The position numbers and the translations under genes were made by a program. Positions 54,605 to 64,000 of a DNA stretch of 64,000 nucleotides are shown here, piece by piece. Every line of letters starts with the position of its first letter. Position 1 is the stretch's first letter. Origin of the DNA: the human T2T-CHM13v2.0 reference genome, Homo sapiens; NCBI RefSeq assembly GCF_009914755.1, contig NC_060941.1; one strand, written 5' to 3'. Under the pieces are notes generated by a model. That model worked only from the letters and a program-made list of their open reading frames with translations, was not told the DNA's origin and made no database searches.

Positions 54605-56828
54605 TCTTTAGAGCGTGGATCTGCACTCGATCAACAATTCAGCCCTGTGCTGTCCCTGGCTAACCCTTTCCCACCTCCGCCACTTCCTCAGGCTCAATCG
54701 CAGCTGCCTTGGGCTCATGTATGGCTGATACCTGGGTGCTGACCTTGGTATAACACACACATGTTTGCAAATACATGTGTGTATTTGTGTGTCATGTGCA
54801 CGCCTGTCTCTATCCACATGCTCATGTGTACACATCTGCATCCAGACATTATCCTGTTCTCTGCGTGTGAGCACACTCGGGCCAGCCCTTGCTGGACCAG
54901 GTGTGCACAGGCAGCATCTGAATGGGAGCCGGGTGCCCATGGGGAGTTGACATGGGGACAGGGCCTCGGGCATAAAGCCTTGGGGCCAGTCATTCATCCC
55001 CAGGGGAGGCTGGAACAGACAGTGTTTCCTTGGCAAGTTGATGAGAATGTCATGTAGGACAGAACCCACAGCCGCCCTGAAATCAAGATCGATGACAGCT
55101 GCCTTCCCATCCCTTACTGATGAGGTCCATCATTCTATCACGGGAGAGAAAATTAAATTGGTCTGGCAGAGTTTCCTGTTCCTAAAGCCAATTTGGTCGC
55201 CACTGTGTAGTGTGTTATACACTTCTGGGTGGCATCTAATCATTTTGTTTATTCATAAATTTCCAAGGTATGGTCTGCAGAGCTAACCACACCACAGGAA
55301 ATCAGGAGGAGGTACTTGCTCCTCTTCTAAAGATAGGAGGCAGCCTATCCATCCACCATCTGCCCAGCCACCCAGCCATGTATCCATTCATCCATTGGGT
55401 CATACAGTTTTTCAACCTGTATATACAGAGCGCCTCCTCCATGCTGGGCAGCGTGTCAAATAGAAAGAACCATGGGATGAGATTAGATTCCAGCACCCAC
55501 CCCTGGGCAGGTCTCTGGCTTCTCCAGGCCTCAGTTTCTCTCTGTTAATGAGGGAGTTGGACCACAGAGCTCAAGGCCCCTCCTAGCTCTGGCACTTCAG
55601 GGCCTGGGGCTGATTTTCCAGGCAGAGAGAGAGGCCCCCTCCCAGACTCCAGGGGCTGCTTGGGGTCAAGAAGGGAACCGAAGAGGACCCCAGGACCATG
55701 GGCATCACTAACTCCCACGGCTGAGGTCCCGACTGACAGGAATGGGGTGGCCCTGGAATTTAGAGGAAAAGCTCCCTCGTGCCTCCTTCCCAGAACCCCA
55801 ATTTGAGAGCAGATTTGAGTTGGCTCAAGTGGGTGTTTGTGGGATTGGTTATGTCTCAGAGATTTGGGGGATCAGGCCAATCAGCAGACTCTGAAATTCG
55901 TATTTTGGAGGCTGTGTCTTAGAGTCCCCCACCCTCCAGGGCCGGAGGGTCTCTGGAAGCTCTTTCTGGTTCCTCTCCATCTCCATGGCCAGCATCCGTG
56001 TTTGGGCAGTTCCCAGGCTCCCTGCCTTCTTATACCAATAAGCATTCACCACTTGTGGACTTGTCCCGCACTGCCTCCCCAGCCTGCCTGCCAACCTGGA
56101 CCTGGCCTCATTTCTGGGTCTGCTTCTCCGTGTGCCCATACTGGCTGGGGAGCCCACTCCTGGGCTCTGGCCATCTCATTCAGCTGGCAATCCCAGGTCC
56201 CCAGGACCAATGAATTCCAGGCCCTCTCAGAAACCTTTTGCCACAAACCTGGTGATTGGTGGGGAGTAACGGAGCTGTGTTGATCTAGTTACCAAGAGCT
56301 CTAAATTACTACCATCAAAATCAGACACAGCAAAACCTTGCTCAGATCCCTGTCTGGTAACATCAGTCTTCATAATGAAGGTGCCTGATTGCAGGCTGTC
56401 TTGGCTGTCGGTGGGTGGAAGCAGAGGGACAGGGATGGGGAGAGGGGAGAGGCTTTGTTTCTGAGCTTCACGGCTTTGATCTGCCAGCGAAGAGCAATTT
56501 CCTCCGACTTCTCGTCCAACATTCAACCCCCTGCCAGCAAACCCACAAACACAACCCGGGAGGATGATGGCATGGAGAGCATCTCTGAATTCAGGGAAAG
56601 GATGGGAGGAAAAGAAGGTGTTGAGAGTGTCTACACTCACCTCCCCAAAAATCCCTCTCTCCACCTGACCTCCTCGCCTCTGTAATGTAGACCATGAATG
56701 GACTCTGTTTCAGTCCTGATATCTGCTGCATCCTCTGAGCCTAGCTCAGGGCCAGGCATAGAGTAGTTCCATACATATTGTTGAACAGATGGATTTCTAG
56801 CTCTAGGATCACTCTAAGAAGATTCCTG

Positions 56829-57760
<932 letters not shown>

Positions 57761-58298
57761 CAGGGAAGCCCGGAACTCAGCCCAGAGGAGGCAACATTGG
57801 CGCTGAGACCTAAGACTGCGTGGAATATCTCTTAGGCCCAGCATGGCTTTCCTTCTTGCCATCACTTTGGACATTGCTCCAGGGACTGACTTCCTCTCCC
57901 TCCCAGCCAGGAGCAGGGCTCTGGGGCAGTGCCAGCTGGACCCTGCTCCAGCCCAGAGGGACTCCTCCATACGACTTCCCTGCGCTGAAGTTTCTGTCAA
58001 CCTCTGCTGCTGCTGCAGACAGCTACTGGTTGGCGGTGGCTGGAGTACTCAGGGTAAGCGCTTGTGGCAGATGTTGCTGCGGTGGGGTAATGGCACTAAC
58101 ACGGCGAGTCCCTTTCTTTCATCTCCCTGGTCTCCCTGGACCTTTAACTATCACTGAGCCCAGCATCTAGCAAATAGCCTCATTGCTGTCTTTTATCTAG
58201 CTGGCTTTCAACTTGAGACACTCTAAGGGCCTTGCCTGATAGCAGCACCAGGACCATCAGAATACAGTCCTCAGAGTGGGCTGTCCCAGGCGTTTGAG

Positions 58299-58490
58299 TA
58301 ATAATAATAATTATTATTATTGCTATAATAATATATACAATTATAATATCTATATATAATATTTACATAAATTATTGATATGATAATTATTGATGTAATA
58401 ATTATTGATATTTTTGATGTAATAATTATTGATGTAATTACTGATATTAATGTTGGTGTAATAATAATTATTATTGATATAATAACTGCA
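58299..58490. repeat. AT-rich low-complexity tract with degenerate TGATGTAATAATTAT units, adjoining a minus-strand MIR (58490-58700)
   Basis: (TAA)n/(TTA)n with repeated ATAATTATTGAT. Confidence 0.8.
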
Positions 58491-58778
58491 ACATCAGCTC
58501 CCTATTTATTAGGGTCTGGGCATGCCAGACACTGTGCTAAAAAGTTTCTATGCATCATTTTATGTAATTCTCACTACCACATTATAAGGCAGGTATTGGT
58601 ATGAGGCTCGGAGAGGTTAAGTAACTTGGCCAAGGTTTCACAGCAAACAAGTGCTGGAATTGACGTTAGAGCTAGGGCTGTTCAGGTCCACAGACTCCTT
58701 CCTCCGTATTCTAGTGGTTCCCGGTGTCGGGCTGACTGCAGTGGAATCAGCAGGGGAACTGTTTGGAAAGTAAGATTT

Positions 58779-59138
<360 letters not shown>

Positions 59139-59142
59139 AGCG

Positions 59143-59262
59143 TTCTGGAGGTGGTTGCACAACAATGCGAATGTACTTGATGCTACTGAACTATACGCTT
59201 GAAAATGGTTAAGATGGTGAATTGTGTGTTATCCTAATAAATTTTTAAAAATTGTTTAAAAA
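59143..59262 (+). mobile_element. L1M (L1MB-like) extreme 3' end
   Basis: GTTCTGGAG...GTTGCACAACAATG...ACTGAACT...AAAATGGTTAAGATGGT. Confidence 0.75.
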
Positions 59263-59297
59263 GGAAGAGGAAAACTAAGTGTTAAATTGTGTGGGGA

Positions 59298-59851
59298 TGG
59301 TAGACATTGGTAGTTCCCCAGTATTCATTCTCCCCCCTTTTTATTTACTTATTTTTAGAGATTGCTATGTTACCCAGGCTGATCTCAAACTCCTGGCCTC
59401 AAGCAATCCTCCTGCCTCAGCCCCGAAGTAGCTGGGATTGCAGGCATGAGCCACTGTACCCAGCTTTCCCCTTTTAGCTGAGTACATGGCTGCCCAGATT
59501 AGACACTACATTTCCCAACATCCTTTGCAGGTAGGTATGGCCATATGGCTAAGTTCTGACCAATGGCTATAAGTGGTAAGGTCCTGTGAAAGCCTCCAGA
59601 ACCTTCCTTAAGCGACAGTGTCTGTCTATTCCTCCATTGGCTGCCAGGAGCATGGGTGCTGCCATTTTGGATCATGAAGTTGGAGTCACACTTGGCAGAG
59701 CAATAACATGTGAGATCCTAAAGTTGACACACCCTATTATCTCTTAATTACCTGCTGGGACGCATGAAAGAGAAACAAACTGTGATCTCCTTCAAGCCAC
59801 ACTATTTTGATTTTCTATTATGTGTACCTAAACATAATCCTAATGAATACA
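59298..59851 (+). mobile_element. MLT1J-like LTR with a nested FLAM monomer (59338-59464, minus strand)
   Basis: ACTACATTTCCCA...TAAGTTCTGACCAATGG...TTCAAGCCAC...ATCCTAATGAATACA; inner single Alu left arm. Confidence 0.7.
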
Positions 59852-60071
59852 GAGGGGTAGAATGAATGCTACTGGGGTTTCGAGAAACAGAAAGGACCAG
59901 GAGGGTTGGAACATTCAAAGAAGGCTGTATGGCTAAGGTTGGCCCTGAGCTGTCCTGATGGATGCTGTGCTGCAAGATGAATGAGGCATGGCCCATGTCT
60001 TTGAGGGGCTCAGGGTCTAGTGGGAGAAACACAGGTAGACAAATATCTATAGCCAGGGCCATTGCAATTAG

Positions 60072-60839
<768 letters not shown>

Positions 60840-60969
60840 TAAGTTGTCGAGTTCTGGAAAGCTCTGTGCAGGAAGTGATGTTTTTCTGAGCCTTGAAGAA
60901 GGCATGATGGGGAGGGGCATTCCAGGGCAGAGGCACACAAGAGGCAACGGCGTGAGGGTAGTCTGGTGA

Positions 60970-61264
60970 GGCTGGGCCGGTGGTGGCTCACGCCTATAAT
61001 CTCAGCACTTTGGGAGGCCAAGGCGGGTGGATCACCTGAGGCCGGGAGTTCGAGACCAGCCTGGACAACATGGCAAAACCCCATCTCTACTAAAAATACA
61101 AAAATTAGCCAGGCATGGTAGCATGCACTTGTAGTCCCACCTACTCAGGAGGCTGAGGCAGGAGAATCACTTGAACCCAGGAGGCGGACGTTGCAGTGAG
61201 CCGAGATTACACCACTGCACTTCAGCCTCGGTGACAGAGCGAGACTCTGTCTCAAAAAGAAAAA
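60970..61264 (+). mobile_element. AluSx/Sz-like
   Basis: GGATCACCTGAGG...GAGTTCGAGACCAGCCTGG; full dimer. Confidence 0.92.
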
Positions 61265-63109
61265 GTGTGGTGCGAGAGACCTGGCAAAGCAGAACAGTCC
61301 ATCCCTGCACAAGCGGTTTGGGCCTTGTTTACAGGAAGCCATCACACGGACCTGAGAGTGTTCTTGATTAAAAGGAGACTATACCTGGGATGATGGATCT
61401 TTCAGATACATGATTATTTAATTTTTTTTTTTAAAGGCCAAATTCTTCCTGGGAAGAAAGAATCAGCAAGGTGCAGAGGAGGCAGGTGAGGTCCTGCCTA
61501 GATCGTTAGAAGTCAATGGCTCCGTCGGCATGGCAGGGGAGAGGTCTGCAAAAAGGCCTTTAAAAAAGAAAAATTGCAAATGGTTTGCAAATGTTTATGG
61601 ATAGGTCCAGAACCATGAATTTTGACAACTAAAGGATTTCCAGAGAGGCTGAGGGAAAAGCCAGAATTGAGTTAAGCAGAGATTTGTAACAGTTTTTATT
61701 GGATGGAAGGTCCCCATCTGTACTCAGAGATCTGGGTTACATTAAATATCACTTCCAATGAGATCTTGTCTTAAATTTAATGGGCAAAAGAGAGGAGTTA
61801 GATAAGTGTTTGTATCATTATTTTAACAAGTCTCTGCTTTATGAGAAAAAAAAAATCTGTTTAAGAATAGCAATGGGTAAATTGTCACAGTTCAGTTACC
61901 TGTTCCTGAAGAATCGACTCTCCCCTGGCTCAGGCTCTGTGGTGGTAGCTACTTGATTTACAGACAGGTGGCCAGAGAGAAACTAGCCAGCCCCTCTAGG
62001 GCACTGTCCCACCTTGCCAATTCCACCCCTGTTTCCAGAACAGAACGTGGGTAGGATGAGGACCAGTGCGAAGGAGAGGGAGGAGGCACGTGTGAGTGAG
62101 GGGGCATCTGACTGGGGAGAAGGGCTGTTCTGCAAAGTGGTGGGTATCAACGGCCTTTCATCCTCCTCCCTTGCCCCTGGGGGAGACTTAGATTCTGCAA
62201 AATGCTTTTTTCTTTTTTTTTTAAATTAAACTGTTATCACAACTTCCTATGGAGTAGGCAAAGGCATCCACAAAGTGTTATTATCCCGGTTTGCAAGAAA
62301 GGTAAGCATCAGACAGGTGATGTGGCTTCCCCAGGTCTAATAGCTGCCAGGCAGTGAAGGAAAGGCCCCAGCACCAGGCAGGGGAAGGTGGGTAACCCAA
62401 GGGAAGCCTGGAGTCCATGCAGACGTCCCAGCAGAGGCATGGCCGAGGGAAGAAGCCTCTGCTCCCACTCAGGGGGGCTCATGGGAGCGAAGAAGTGGCA
62501 GAGACTGAAGTCTGAAGACCTCCGCTCTGCCTTTCTGGCCCCTGTGTCTTTTTCATGCCTGCTCACCCACCCACAGTGCCCTCCTCCCCCCGGGGGGAGG
62601 GGCCGCCCCTTCCTCCCAGGGGCTGTGCCCAATACTAAACAATTTCTGCCCAGGTTCCTGTCTCCACAGGCATCCATTGTCATTATTCTTTTTTTAAAAA
62701 AATCGGAATGGATTTTATTAAGAGAAAATCAATACACACAACATAACCTGCAGCAGATAAAGCAGATAAGCTTTCAATGCACAGTCTCGGTGCCTTTTCC
62801 CAGGTGTTCCTTCCACTCCCTTAGCCAGAAGCCTTTGTCCGTGGGCATCTGATGAGCCACTTCTGGGAAGCCAGCCTCCCTGCTCCTCTTACCAGCAGCT
62901 TTGTTCAGCAGCCCCTTCCCACCTCCCGTCTCGGCTCTGTGCTCCATCCTGGCGGCTAGCCCCAGACCCAGCCAGACCAGCCGCCTGTAGACTCACTCGT
63001 CTTTGGCCTCAGGTCAAGGGCCTCCCCAGCAGGCCAGCCCATTGCCGCCTCCCTCCATCACTACATCAGTGTCACTCCTCCAAGAAGCAGGCACTTTGGG
63101 GTCAATAGC

Positions 63110-63300
63110 CTCTGGTCTCCATTCATTCCTGTGTGGCCTTGGACCCATTGCATAACCTCTCTGAGCCTCAGGTTCCTCATAGGTAATAATCTAGACAATA
63201 ACACTCTTTTCCCTGCATTTTGGGACCAAGGAAATTACCTGGTATACGCAGCAGGCCTAATCTGTGCTCGGCACATAGTAAGCACATGGTGGTGTTTAAC
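63110..63300 (+). mobile_element. MIR
   Basis: TGTGTGGCCTTGG...AACCTCTCTGAGCCTCAGGTTCCTCAT...GGCACATAGTAAGCAC. Confidence 0.7.
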
Positions 63301-63628
63301 TTCCTTCTCGGGGTCCACCTGTGTCCCTGCTCCTTCATTCCATCTTTCTGAGCACTGAATTGCCAGAAGGCTTATCCTCAGAACAGAGCAGCCTACCCCT
63401 GTCTGCTCTCCTTGGTGTACCAAGTGCAGTGGGCATCAAGCTCCCCATGAAAGTCCTTGTGCCGAGTCCCCTTAGGAGGGACAGAGCTGGAATTTGGATG
63501 TAATGAGCACTCAGAGCATGCCAATGAGAGACAGGGACCAGAAAGTTAGAGAAGGTGAGGGGGAGAAGGAATGAATAAAGGGAGAAGAAAGAAAGAAATC
63601 ATGGGGGCAGGAAGGAAAGGAAAAAATC

Positions 63629-63802
<174 letters not shown>

Positions 63803-63855
63803 TTATACAGTGACTGGTACAGAGGAGGGACTCAAGGCCCTTTGTAGTAACAGAT

Positions 63856-63903
63856 GATGGATGGATGGATGGATGGATGGATGGATGGATGGATGGATGG
63901 ATG
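63856..63903. repeat. (GATG)12 tetranucleotide microsatellite
   Basis: Direct count. Confidence 0.97.
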
Positions 63904-64000
63904 GGTATATGGCTAAATGGAGGGAAAGAAGACAGGGAGGAAAGGAAGGAAGAGGGAAGAGGGAGGGAGGGAGAAAAGGTGGAGGTAGTCTGTGTTCTCC

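Noticed and set aside
58380-58604. Hydrophobic Ile/Asp-repeat ORF resembling a membrane peptide
   Set aside because: It is the translation of an AT-rich low-complexity tract next to a MIR.

Overview
This is primate, most likely human, euchromatic non-coding DNA. I find no credible protein-coding exon, RNA gene, CpG island or CRISPR array. The ORF track is explained by Alu, L1, LTR, microsatellite and VNTR sequence or by chance. The window carries about 20 Alu/FLAM copies (J, S and Y lineages), old L1MA/MC/ME fragments, many MIR and L2 remnants and a few hAT DNA transposons (MER5, MER91, Charlie1). An unusually dense set of solo LTRs (THE1, MST, MLT1, LTR16, LTR8-like, MER67-like) lies mostly between 20 and 43 kb, many nested with readable target-site duplications (TSDs). 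Repeat family names come from recalled consensus similarity, not from a database search, and subfamily calls and boundaries of old elements are approximate. I see no evidence for a new multi-gene system. The most unusual signals are: a near-perfect 33-bp-arm hairpin made by a templated insertion inside a MIR (28.72-28.86 kb); a pure CpG-containing (TTACG)10 pentamer in an Alu tail (60.1 kb); a 31-bp G-rich VNTR in a locally rearranged block (52.8-53.2 kb); a CCAAT-box cluster resembling a promoter (40.3 kb); an 11-unit GGAA microsatellite; an L1-derived fold-back (38.7 kb); and a 96-bp direct duplication (49.0/49.8 kb).
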